From: an uncultured Ignavibacteriales bacterium
Lineage (GTDB): Bacteria; Zixibacteria; MSB-5A5; GN15; FEB-12
Length of the DNA: 64,000 bases
Reading direction: 5' to 3'
NCBI GenBank assembly: GCA_964464605.1
Contig: CAYXJN010000004.1
Location: 1-64,000 of the forward strand
Shown: one piece after another, positions 19,703 through 28,991 of the stretch
Layout of the letters: the number at the start of each line of letters is the position of its first letter
Numbering within the stretch: the first letter of the stretch is position 1
The notes under the pieces: model-generated
Told to the model about the DNA's origin: nothing
Databases searched by the model: none
What the model saw: the letters and a program-made list of their open reading frames with translations, nothing else
Position numbers and translations under genes: made by a program

Positions 19703-22700
19703 ATGACAAAAGGCCGCATCATAGGACGATTGCTGGCAACGGTACTGATCTCTGTCAGCATCGGATATCTGACGGCGTATGCAGAGGGGAAGGTGCTTTC
19801 CGGAAAGATGATGCGCGATACCAGCGTACATCACGATCACCTGGGATTTCACCCGGCAACGTCGGTTGGCAAGGGTCCGCTTAAGCACCTTACACGGAAA
19901 AACCCGTGGTCACTGCCGGATCATGCTTTGGCAGGTGGGGGCGTTCAGGATACTATTCATATTTTGGTGCTTCGCTACAATTTCCAGTACGAAGCGATCG
20001 ACAATCCGAATACGACCGGGCGCGGCCGGATGGATTTATCCAATCCGTTCGCTTCGCCGACTGATTCCGCGAACTATTACAATGCTGTCGGACATTTTAT
20101 CGATCCGCCGGCGCATGATTCACTTTATTTCGACGCGCATATGCAGGCGCTGCGCCGTTTCTACGAGTATTCCTCGCATAACCGTTTGACCTTGACCTGG
20201 GATATTTTCCCGCCGAAACGGGATTCGGTGTATACGCTTCCGCAGCAGATGGGGTATTACGGTGCGTGTGAGTTTGACTCGGTTGTCGCCGGACTTGAGC
20301 AGTTTTTTGTCGATTGTATCAGTACGGCGGATGCTCTTTCACCGGAGATTAATTTTTCACGATACGAATCGATTTTCATTTTCCATGCCGGAGCAGATCG
20401 TCAGAACGATATCGGCTTTCCGCCGACCTGTGAAGATTTGTTTACCGGGTTTATCCGCTTCGGTGATTCGGTATTGGTTGATAATGATTCGACCTCGGTG
20501 CGGGATGCTCTGCTCATGCCAGAGACAGCGAGTCAGGATAACCGCGCTACCGCGCTGAATGCCGTTATCGCCCATGAGTTCGGGCATCAGCTTGGGTTGG
20601 TTGATTTGTATAGCACGATTAATTTTGCGACGACCATCGGCGATTTTGCGACGATGGATCATAACGGATTCAAAACCGGCATTGATTTCGGCTGGTCGGT
20701 CGGTTCGGCCTTTGGTTGTTTCCCGGTTTATCATGATGCCTGGTCGCGCGCATTTTTAGGGTTTGATTCGGTCTATGATTTCAGGCAGGGGACGGATATT
20801 CGCATCGTAGCCGCCAACATGGTCAAAGACGGCATCAAAATCGCCCGCGTTCCGATTACCGAGAATGAATATTACTTAATTGAAAATCGTATCGAAGATA
20901 CCGACGGTAAAGCGACCGCGGTGCTGGCCGATTCGGCAACTTCGGTTATTCAGGGGCCTGTATTTGCAGCGACCCGCGAATTTACGGGTGAGTATGATGC
21001 CTTATTACCCGGTTCAGGAATGTTGATCTATCGCATCGATGAAACAGTTGCGGGAATGGATTACGATCAGGACGGCTTAAACAACTTTCTTGATAATGAT
21101 CTACAGTGGGACTATCAGCGGAAATTCATGACGCTTATGGAAGCGGATGGTTACGAAAATCTTACCGGTCGCTGCACGGCAGGGTGCGGCCTGGTCGGGC
21201 AGTCGTATGGCTGGCTGGGAGATATGTACCCGGAAGGAAACAACACTTCGCTGACACCGAACAGCAATCCACCGTCAGTCGATGGCACCGGTAACAATAC
21301 GCATATACGTATTACGAATATCCATCGTGACAGCAGCATTACTCCAGATACGGTTTTCGGTGCAGTAATGAAATTCTCCGTTGAAACGGATGGCCTTGTT
21401 TCCGGGTTTCCGGTTCGTATCGGCTACCCGAAATTTTTGAATGAAGGAAGACTCGCGCCGATAATTGACGACCTTAATGGAGATAACACGCCGGAAATTA
21501 TTGTAGCTGCAAGTCGTCGTGTGCTTGCGTTTACACCGAATGGGGGGAGTTTTCTGCAGTCGGTTGATTCCTGTCCGGCCTGTCCGGTGTTTGTCGATAC
21601 CGCGATAACTTCATTTTCTTCGACATTGTATCCGGTTCCGATACTCTATCAGGCTCCGGCTGATATTTCCGCCGGTCCGGTTACCGGAAATTTTGGTACT
21701 GGCGCCACCCGTTATGTTGCTTTTTCTTATTTTTCAGGCGGATTCGGCCGTGTTGTTTTGGTTGCACCGCAGGATGTGGGTGATGACGGTCAGGCCGATG
21801 TCGCCGCTCCGCCGGTTGCTACGGCCGGTGCACCGACGCATTTGGTGTTTGGTAACAAACTCTGGGTTGTTGCGGATAGTGTGTACGTCAAATCATCGTT
21901 GGCTGGAGCGGCAACGCGAATTGTATCGATTAGTGATTCGGTAACAACCGGTGCCTGCCTGGCTGATTCGTTTCTTATCGTTGCGGCGGGTAATGCTGCC
22001 GGAACGAACCTGTATTTACTCAATTCAACGAATGCAACCGATACGCTGCACTTGACCGGTTTCTACTCACTCGGTCCGGTGGCGGCGGATATCGATGGTG
22101 ACGGTGTAACTGAAATTATTCTCTTTTCACCAAATGGAAACGCAGCGATCGTGAATGTCAATTCCGGTATACAATCGTTGCAAGTGCAGCTAACCGATGA
22201 CTTGAACACTGACTTTACCACGTCACCGATTATTGCGGATGTCGATCTCGATGGACGCCCTGATATCGTTATCGGCGGCGTCAATGCGATCTATGCCTTT
22301 AATGACAACCTGATTTTGAAAACCGAGTATCCGATAGAAGTTGATGACCGTTTCCTCGATGAGGAAGTCGATGCGGCGCCGATTGCCGCCAATATCTCCG
22401 GCGATAAGCAGCCGGAAGTAATTGCACCGAATGCGATCGGCAATTTCTATTCATTCGGTCCGAAACTGTCGACCGGTTTTCCGTTATCAGCGGGAGAGCG
22501 TTCAATTAGTTCTGCTGTTGTCTTCAACACGTCAACCGGCGGTAAACTTGGCTATAGCGGTTTAGACGGCTGGTTCTATTTGTGGGAAACCGGAACAGAC
22601 AGCACGACCAATTTCTGGCCGATGGCGGGGCATGATGCCTCAGGTAGTTTTGCATTTTTATCTTCGCAGCTCAGCCCGGAAGCGAGTTATTCCGGTCTCT

Positions 22701-22978
22701 TGCCTGAAGACCGGGTTTACAATTACCCGAATCCGGTAACGAGCGGCGTTACCACGATCCGGTATTTGTTGGGTCAGACGGCGACAAAAGTAGAATTGAA
22801 ATTATATGATTTATCCGGAATCGAAATTGCCACGCTGTCCGGCACGACCATGGCCGGAGATAATGAAACAGTGTGGAATTGTTCCGGAGTAACACCCGGT
22901 GTGTACCGCTGCATGATTTATGCTGATTTTAGCGGCAGCAGCGAACACGCCTTTACTGATATCGCGGTGATACGATGA
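19703..22978 (+). CDS. M6 (immune inhibitor A-like) metalloprotease with FG-GAP repeats and T9SS CTD
   Basis: IFHAG, HEFGHQLGLVDLY, EYYLIENR, DLNGD/DIDGDG/DVDLDG repeats, C-terminal YNYPNP..GVYRC. Confidence 0.85.
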   Translation: MTKGRIIGRLLATVLISVSIGYLTAYAEGKVLSGKMMRDTSVHHDHLGFHPATSVGKGPLKHLTRKNPWSLPDHALAGGGVQDTIHILVLRYNFQYEAIDNPNTTGRGRMDLSNPFASPTDSANYYNAVGHFIDPPAHDSLYFDAHMQALRRFYEYSSHNRLTLTWDIFPPKRDSVYTLPQQMGYYGACEFDSVVAGLEQFFVDCISTADALSPEINFSRYESIFIFHAGADRQNDIGFPPTCEDLFTGFIRFGDSVLVDNDSTSVRDALLMPETASQDNRATALNAVIAHEFGHQLGLVDLYSTINFATTIGDFATMDHNGFKTGIDFGWSVGSAFGCFPVYHDAWSRAFLGFDSVYDFRQGTDIRIVAANMVKDGIKIARVPITENEYYLIENRIEDTDGKATAVLADSATSVIQGPVFAATREFTGEYDALLPGSGMLIYRIDETVAGMDYDQDGLNNFLDNDLQWDYQRKFMTLMEADGYENLTGRCTAGCGLVGQSYGWLGDMYPEGNNTSLTPNSNPPSVDGTGNNTHIRITNIHRDSSITPDTVFGAVMKFSVETDGLVSGFPVRIGYPKFLNEGRLAPIIDDLNGDNTPEIIVAASRRVLAFTPNGGSFLQSVDSCPACPVFVDTAITSFSSTLYPVPILYQAPADISAGPVTGNFGTGATRYVAFSYFSGGFGRVVLVAPQDVGDDGQADVAAPPVATAGAPTHLVFGNKLWVVADSVYVKSSLAGAATRIVSISDSVTTGACLADSFLIVAAGNAAGTNLYLLNSTNATDTLHLTGFYSLGPVAADIDGDGVTEIILFSPNGNAAIVNVNSGIQSLQVQLTDDLNTDFTTSPIIADVDLDGRPDIVIGGVNAIYAFNDNLILKTEYPIEVDDRFLDEEVDAAPIAANISGDKQPEVIAPNAIGNFYSFGPKLSTGFPLSAGERSISSAVVFNTSTGGKLGYSGLDGWFYLWETGTDSTTNFWPMAGHDASGSFAFLSSQLSPEASYSGLLPEDRVYNYPNPVTSGVTTIRYLLGQTATKVELKLYDLSGIEIATLSGTTMAGDNETVWNCSGVTPGVYRCMIYADFSGSSEHAFTDIAVIR

Positions 22979-23001
22979 CTTTGACAGATAGGAGAATTTT
23001 T

Positions 23002-23919
23002 ATGCGACGCATGATGAGTTCGGTTTTAGTCGTGTGTGCGTGCCTCTTCGGTGCTGCCGCCTCATTTGCGAATACAGTAGCCCCTTCCGTATTTGAACGG
23101 GATATACTGGCGTCTCAATATAGCCTGACGACAGCGAAGGTTTTAGCTGATCTGGACGATCAGACGGGTGGTGGGGATGAGATGGAGTCTTCCTCGAATC
23201 CTCCCGGCTATAAATCTCCCGGAAAAGCATTTGTGTATTCATTGATTATCCCTGGAGCCGGTCAATTGTATTACGGCAGCAAAATCAAAGCCGCTGCGTT
23301 TTTGGGCGCGGAAGCAGCTTCCTGGTTTTTCTATGCGAAGTTTCACAGTGACGGGGAAGAGCTGACCGATGAGTTCGAAGCATTTCAACAGGCTCACTGG
23401 AGCGAAGATGCTTATAGTGACTATCTTGAATGGGTGTACGGGCACCGTGACGATGACTCAATCGATGCCGTGGAAATAAGCCATAATTTGCCGAGCACCA
23501 GAACACAGCAGTATTATGAGATGACCGGCAAATATGACCAATTTTCATGGGGGTGGGATGATGCCCGTTTAGATGGCCGCGGATTGGAAGGAGTAGACAC
23601 AACCTCCGGTAATCCGTATACACCGGTTGATCCACCTGATACTGCCAAAGGAAATCGGGTACCGAGTTCCGCGAATCGTCTTACCTATGAAACGATGCGT
23701 CACGACGCCAACAAGAAATTCGACAATGCGACCAAAATGATTATCGTGGCGAGTGTCAACCATCTCGTCAGCGCTGTTGAGGCGTTGATTTCGACCAAGC
23801 TGCGGAATAACAAACTTGCCAAAGGTCCGACACTTGGGCAGATAAAAGTGAAAGCGACTCTAAAGTCGTATTATTCCCGACGTGATACACCGTATGTAAC
23901 CTTCACGTATAAGTTCTGA
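23002..23919 (+). CDS. Exported membrane protein (DUF5683/TM2-like motif), paralog 1
   Basis: Signal peptide; KSPGKAFVYSLIIPGAGQLYYG; C-terminal YKF. Confidence 0.7.
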   Translation: MRRMMSSVLVVCACLFGAAASFANTVAPSVFERDILASQYSLTTAKVLADLDDQTGGGDEMESSSNPPGYKSPGKAFVYSLIIPGAGQLYYGSKIKAAAFLGAEAASWFFYAKFHSDGEELTDEFEAFQQAHWSEDAYSDYLEWVYGHRDDDSIDAVEISHNLPSTRTQQYYEMTGKYDQFSWGWDDARLDGRGLEGVDTTSGNPYTPVDPPDTAKGNRVPSSANRLTYETMRHDANKKFDNATKMIIVASVNHLVSAVEALISTKLRNNKLAKGPTLGQIKVKATLKSYYSRRDTPYVTFTYKF

Positions 23920-24737
23920 TGAAACAACAGCTGTTTGTCCGCACTCTTATCGCGTTTTTGGTTATCGCCGCACAGAGCTTCGGCGCGTCGTTTTATTCAT
24001 CCCAAACACCGATTCAAACGGCAGTGGCGGCATCATCGTATTCGTTGGGTTACGCAATTGCTGACGATGAATTTGAATCGATGAACAAACCGCGCGAAGC
24101 AAAAGATACCGCCGCAACGAAACAATCGGATGACCAGCGTAAATCACTCGGTAAAGCGATTTTGTATTCTGCTTTGGTTCCGGGGGGCGGGGAATGGTAT
24201 GTCGGCCATAAGACCAAAGCGAAGCTGTTCATGGCGGCCGAGGCCGGTATCTGGATCGGGTTTTCTGCTTTTCTTATTCAAAAAAACTGGAAGCGGGATG
24301 AACTGGTTTTGTACGGCAACGAACACGCGAATGCCCAGCTCGAAGGGCGCGATGATGAGTTCCTTGATTTAGTCGGTTTTTATGACAGTATCGACGAATA
24401 CAATACACTCGGTCGCGCGACTGATCCGGAGCGGCCGTATTTAGCTGATACGCCGGAGAATCACTGGCGTTGGGACTCAGACGGTTCAATTGAAGCATTC
24501 AAGTACATCAAAAACGACTATCGTGAAGCAAAACGGCGCAGCCAGTTTATGCTCGGTCTGGCGGTAGTGAATAGAGTGATTTCGATTGTCGACGCTATTC
24601 GTGATGTCCGCCGGCATAATTCACGGATCGGTGAGGATAACTCGGAATTTTCAAAAACTGATACTTACAAACTGCAATTTTCTATTCACCCGGAATCTGA
24701 CACACAGGTACGGCTGACCTTATTGACACCGTTTTAA
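23919..24737 (+). CDS. Exported membrane protein (DUF5683/TM2-like motif), paralog 2
   Basis: TGATG coupling; KSLGKAILYSALVPGGGEWYVG; C-terminal Phe. Confidence 0.7.
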   Translation: MKQQLFVRTLIAFLVIAAQSFGASFYSSQTPIQTAVAASSYSLGYAIADDEFESMNKPREAKDTAATKQSDDQRKSLGKAILYSALVPGGGEWYVGHKTKAKLFMAAEAGIWIGFSAFLIQKNWKRDELVLYGNEHANAQLEGRDDEFLDLVGFYDSIDEYNTLGRATDPERPYLADTPENHWRWDSDGSIEAFKYIKNDYREAKRRSQFMLGLAVVNRVISIVDAIRDVRRHNSRIGEDNSEFSKTDTYKLQFSIHPESDTQVRLTLLTPF

Positions 24738-24745
24738 TCATCATC

Positions 24746-25738
24746 ATGAACATGACTCGCCATATTCTCGCATTCGTTGTTATGAGCGGTTTTTTGTGCG
24801 CCTGTAACCCGGGGGAACAGGAAATCGCGTCGGAGCAGTCGAGTACAACCCTCGCGCCGCCGCTGACTGTTGTCATGGAAAAAGAGCTCAAAGGGAATGT
24901 GCTGGGTGCAGTTTTATCGGAGCCGTTTGGCGTTGCCGTTTCGCGGGATAAACACATCTATCTTTCCGACGCCCGAAACAACCGCATTCTGCTGTTCGAT
25001 TCACTCTTGAATCCACTCCAGCAGCGGGGCGGATACGGCGGCGGTGCAGGGCAGATGAATCATCCGCAGTATATTACGCTTGATAATGATTTGAATCTTC
25101 TGGTAGCCGAGCAGGGAAATCGCCGCGTTTCATTTTTTAATTCGCGACTCGACTATGTTTCCGAAATCGCGATGAAAGATCAGGATGAACCGCTACGTTT
25201 CGGCGCACCCAAAGGGGTTGCTGTAAGGCGCGGTGGAGAAGTGTGGGTGTCGGAGCCGTATAATAACCGTCTTGATGTATTTTCAGCAGCCGGGATATTC
25301 GACCGCTTTATGGCGGATTACAGTGCCGGGATGGAAGGGGTAATTTCTCCTGCGAAATTAGTTACCGTTCCCGGGGGGAGAATGATTACGTGCGATGCCG
25401 GCAATCGGCGGGTCGTGTTTCTCGATGAATTCGGCGTTAACCGAAAACAGATTCGGTATAGCGGATTCGAACGTCCGGTCGCAGCGACGGCAGGTGACAA
25501 TGTTATCTGGGTGCTTGATGAACGCAAAGCGATGGTCTATCTGTTTTCGATGGAAGGGACGTATATCGCATCATATGGCCCCTCATTTGGCGGAAGTGGG
25601 ATCGGGTTAAAAAATCCGTCCGATATTGCGCTTTTGTCCCGCGATCAACTGCTGATTGTCGATAACGGGAACGACCGCGTTTTGCTCTGCCGGATTTTCT
25701 GGTCACAGGATGAGTCCAGCAATGCTGTTCCGCACTAA
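24746..25738 (+). CDS. NHL-repeat beta-propeller lipoprotein
   Basis: LCAC lipobox; repeated P.GVAV..YLSDARNNRI / LIVDNGNDRV units. Confidence 0.85.
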   Translation: MNMTRHILAFVVMSGFLCACNPGEQEIASEQSSTTLAPPLTVVMEKELKGNVLGAVLSEPFGVAVSRDKHIYLSDARNNRILLFDSLLNPLQQRGGYGGGAGQMNHPQYITLDNDLNLLVAEQGNRRVSFFNSRLDYVSEIAMKDQDEPLRFGAPKGVAVRRGGEVWVSEPYNNRLDVFSAAGIFDRFMADYSAGMEGVISPAKLVTVPGGRMITCDAGNRRVVFLDEFGVNRKQIRYSGFERPVAATAGDNVIWVLDERKAMVYLFSMEGTYIASYGPSFGGSGIGLKNPSDIALLSRDQLLIVDNGNDRVLLCRIFWSQDESSNAVPH

Positions 25739-28700
25739 TCGCCGATGGCTTCAACTCGTATTCTTTTTTAGTTTAATCCTCATCAGTGTTTCTCCGTCTG
25801 TGTTTGCATCTGTAACCAAAACAGAATTTATCGGCGAGCAGATTCCAAAACGGATATCGTATGGCGCTCGTCCGATTTTCGGTTTTTCCGATTCGCTTTT
25901 TATAAATGGCAGATTGCTTGAACGGGGGAAAGAATATCTTGTCGACGATGCCAACCGTCAGTTCGTTTTACAGATTACCCCAAATCAGAATGACACGTTT
26001 TCGGTTCGATATACCCCCTTTCCGGCCTGGGTAGTTGCTTCATATAATTCGGTAATACCATCGGTTGAACCCCGCTATGATGTCGCGGTGCAGCCGGCGG
26101 CATCGTTTTCCCGAGTCGCTGTTCCATCTCCGTCTGCACATTCGCAGTTAAACATTTCAGGGAGCAAATCATTTCGTGTTGCCTCACGCACGGAGGGAAA
26201 CCGGCAGTTCGGGCAGTCGATTGATTTGCAGGTGAATGGATTCTTGACGCCGTCGATTCGACTCGATGGTGCAATCAGTGATCGCGGGTATGACCCGGCC
26301 TATGGCACCAGCACCAGTCGTCTGCGTGAGCTTGAAAATGTCCGTTTGAAACTGACTGCGCCAGTGTTGACCGCGCAGGTTGGGGATATCGATTTTCTTT
26401 CCGGGTTCGATTCGGGGAAACGTCAGGAATCACGGCTGTACGGATTTTCCGCAACGGCAGGGCAAGCTAATTGGAACGTAACCGGAACGGCCGCGCGCGC
26501 CAGAGGACGGTTTACCTCGAAAAGTCTGCTTGGTATCGACAATGTGCAGGGGCCGTACCAGATTACCGAAAGTAATGCGATCGCGATTGTTCCCGGTTCC
26601 GAAACGGTCTGGCTCAACGGCGCAAAATTAGAGCGAAGCGCCGATCAGGGCTATACGATTGAATACCCGACCGGAAGGATAACTTTTTCAAGTCGTTATC
26701 CGATTGATCGGAGATCCCGCATCGAAGTCGATTATGAAATCGCCGAGACGGCGTATCGCCCGTCGTTATTCTCAGGCGGTGCGAAAGTCGCCGGGAATGA
26801 TTCGATTGTTTTTGCGCAGGTTGAATGGCTGCAGGAAAAGGACGGGGAAACCAGTTTGTCGGGCGAACTTTCGCAGTCTGACAAACAGATTCTTAGCGAT
26901 GCCGGTGATAATACTGTATTAGCCGTTCGTTCCGGTGTTCGGGCCGACAGCTTAGGCGCCTATGTGCTTGATTCGACCGCGTTACCTGATTCGATATTCA
27001 CCTATGTAGGAAAAGGGAACGGTGATTATTCACTTACTTTTCGCTATGCCGGTTCGCAGAATGGTAGTTACCGGTTTGAAGGAGGAGACCGCTATAGGTA
27101 TGTCGGCGTAGGTCGTGGTGAATATTTGCCGCAGATACAATTGAGCGCGCCGGAGCAGCAATCGTATTATCGGGCAAAAGTCGGAACTCAGTATCCGGGA
27201 GTTGGAAAGTTCAGTGCAGAAGTTCGCCAGAGTGTGTATGACCAAAATCTATTTTCATCGCATGATGACGCTGATAATAGCGGCTTATTGTATCAATTCG
27301 GATTTGACGGCAAATGGGGGAAAGAATCTAAACAAAACCGGATTCATCTGTTAGCGCGTACGAAGGAATCGGAATTTGTCGAGCGTTCACGTGTCGATGC
27401 CGCAGATTTCCATCGTCAGTTTCTTTTGCCGCTTTCATTTATGTCATTAGCTGATGAACGGTATTACTCAGCCACCGGGGCGTTTCACGCAGCTAATTTT
27501 TTACAGGTGTCACCCGAATTTGCGTATTTGACCTACAGCCAACAAACCAAAGCGACCCGCACCGGCGGCACTCTCTTAGTTACACCACACACAAAACTTG
27601 ATGTGCAGGGTGGGTTGGTGGCGATGGAGCTAACGACCGATAACCCGGTTCATCCGCACGGTTCCGGCAAAACCGCGCAGGCGGCAATTCGGTACCGCAT
27701 GACGGACAACATCAGCGTTACGCCATCATGGAATTATGATGACCGTAGAATTCGATACAATGATACTACCGATGCCTTAACCAGTTCGCAACTCGCTTTC
27801 GAGATTCAAGGCAAACATGAAACGCTCCGACTTGAACAGCTTCGTGAAGACACGCTTGAAACAGCCGCTTTACCGACTCGAATCAGAAACCGACTGATGC
27901 TCACGTCGCGTCGCCGTATCGGCAACTTGACTTACACGTCAACTATTACCGGACAGATGCGAACGGAAAATGATGTAACCGAGCGGAATCTGCTTTCAGA
28001 TTTGGATATGTCGTATGCGAGCGCCGCGCATCGTCTTTCGGTTACAACTGCGTATTCCCTTTCGCATGAAACCCGCAACGCGCGCGGGATTACATACTTG
28101 GAAGTTCCGACCGGACAGGGGACACATAGATTAGAAAACGGACAATACATTCCCGATCCGGATGGCAATTATATACAGGTGGAAGAGATTCTTTCGGATC
28201 ATTCGGCGGTCAGTCGCGGTCGTAAGTCATTCCAACTGCAAAAAGCATGGTCGATGGTCAATATCCGTTTTGTTTCGCATATCGAAGAGGAACTGCTTTC
28301 AAAAGGAGAACGGACTGCTTTGTGGGCGGTGCCGTTTTTGTCGGATGAAAACGAACCGTATCTGTTTTATGATCGCCGCTACGAAGCCCGCACCGGGTTT
28401 ATTCCGCTTTCCGGTGTCGATGCTATCCTGCTGCAATATGCCGATTCCCGTCAGTCACGATTACTCGGCAATGAGCAGAAACTTCGCACCGACCGCACCG
28501 CGCGGGTAACACTCACTCAACCGGTGAAAGCATTTTTCTGCGAAGAGCAATTCGAATGGTTTGCGATTGATCGGGATGCCTATTACAGCGGCGGTGGGTC
28601 ATTCGACGGATTCATGGTATCGACGCGATTACGGGGGATGATCGACCGGAATGAATATACCAGCGGTGTGCGGGTACGTTCGGCACGGACAACAGATGAT

Positions 28701-28991
28701 ATCAAGGCGGTTACCTTTGCGAGCGAATCGACTGTGCGAGTCCGGCTGTTCGATCAATGTGAATGGAGCAACAGTCTCGAAGTGTATCTCAACAAGTATT
28801 CAACTGATATAGTCACTGTTTCTTATCTACTTACGGATGACCGCCCCGGCAAGCGGGGTTCGATCTGGTCGTCGGGATTCAAGTACCGCGTTCGGAATGA
28901 AGTGCGAATAGATGCCGGTATTTCCGGGCGTCATGCCGATGACCGCTCGGCGCGATTACTGTTCAAAGGAGAAGTGCTTGTTACGTTCTAA
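25722..28991 (+). CDS. Large outer-membrane beta-barrel protein with SprA-like N-terminal motifs
   Basis: Signal peptide; 1089 aa; IVPGSETVWLNG..YTIEYPTGRITF motif shared with SprA in this window; terminal Phe. Confidence 0.75.
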   Translation: MLFRTNRRWLQLVFFFSLILISVSPSVFASVTKTEFIGEQIPKRISYGARPIFGFSDSLFINGRLLERGKEYLVDDANRQFVLQITPNQNDTFSVRYTPFPAWVVASYNSVIPSVEPRYDVAVQPAASFSRVAVPSPSAHSQLNISGSKSFRVASRTEGNRQFGQSIDLQVNGFLTPSIRLDGAISDRGYDPAYGTSTSRLRELENVRLKLTAPVLTAQVGDIDFLSGFDSGKRQESRLYGFSATAGQANWNVTGTAARARGRFTSKSLLGIDNVQGPYQITESNAIAIVPGSETVWLNGAKLERSADQGYTIEYPTGRITFSSRYPIDRRSRIEVDYEIAETAYRPSLFSGGAKVAGNDSIVFAQVEWLQEKDGETSLSGELSQSDKQILSDAGDNTVLAVRSGVRADSLGAYVLDSTALPDSIFTYVGKGNGDYSLTFRYAGSQNGSYRFEGGDRYRYVGVGRGEYLPQIQLSAPEQQSYYRAKVGTQYPGVGKFSAEVRQSVYDQNLFSSHDDADNSGLLYQFGFDGKWGKESKQNRIHLLARTKESEFVERSRVDAADFHRQFLLPLSFMSLADERYYSATGAFHAANFLQVSPEFAYLTYSQQTKATRTGGTLLVTPHTKLDVQGGLVAMELTTDNPVHPHGSGKTAQAAIRYRMTDNISVTPSWNYDDRRIRYNDTTDALTSSQLAFEIQGKHETLRLEQLREDTLETAALPTRIRNRLMLTSRRRIGNLTYTSTITGQMRTENDVTERNLLSDLDMSYASAAHRLSVTTAYSLSHETRNARGITYLEVPTGQGTHRLENGQYIPDPDGNYIQVEEILSDHSAVSRGRKSFQLQKAWSMVNIRFVSHIEEELLSKGERTALWAVPFLSDENEPYLFYDRRYEARTGFIPLSGVDAILLQYADSRQSRLLGNEQKLRTDRTARVTLTQPVKAFFCEEQFEWFAIDRDAYYSGGGSFDGFMVSTRLRGMIDRNEYTSGVRVRSARTTDDIKAVTFASESTVRVRLFDQCEWSNSLEVYLNKYSTDIVTVSYLLTDDRPGKRGSIWSSGFKYRVRNEVRIDAGISGRHADDRSARLLFKGEVLVTF

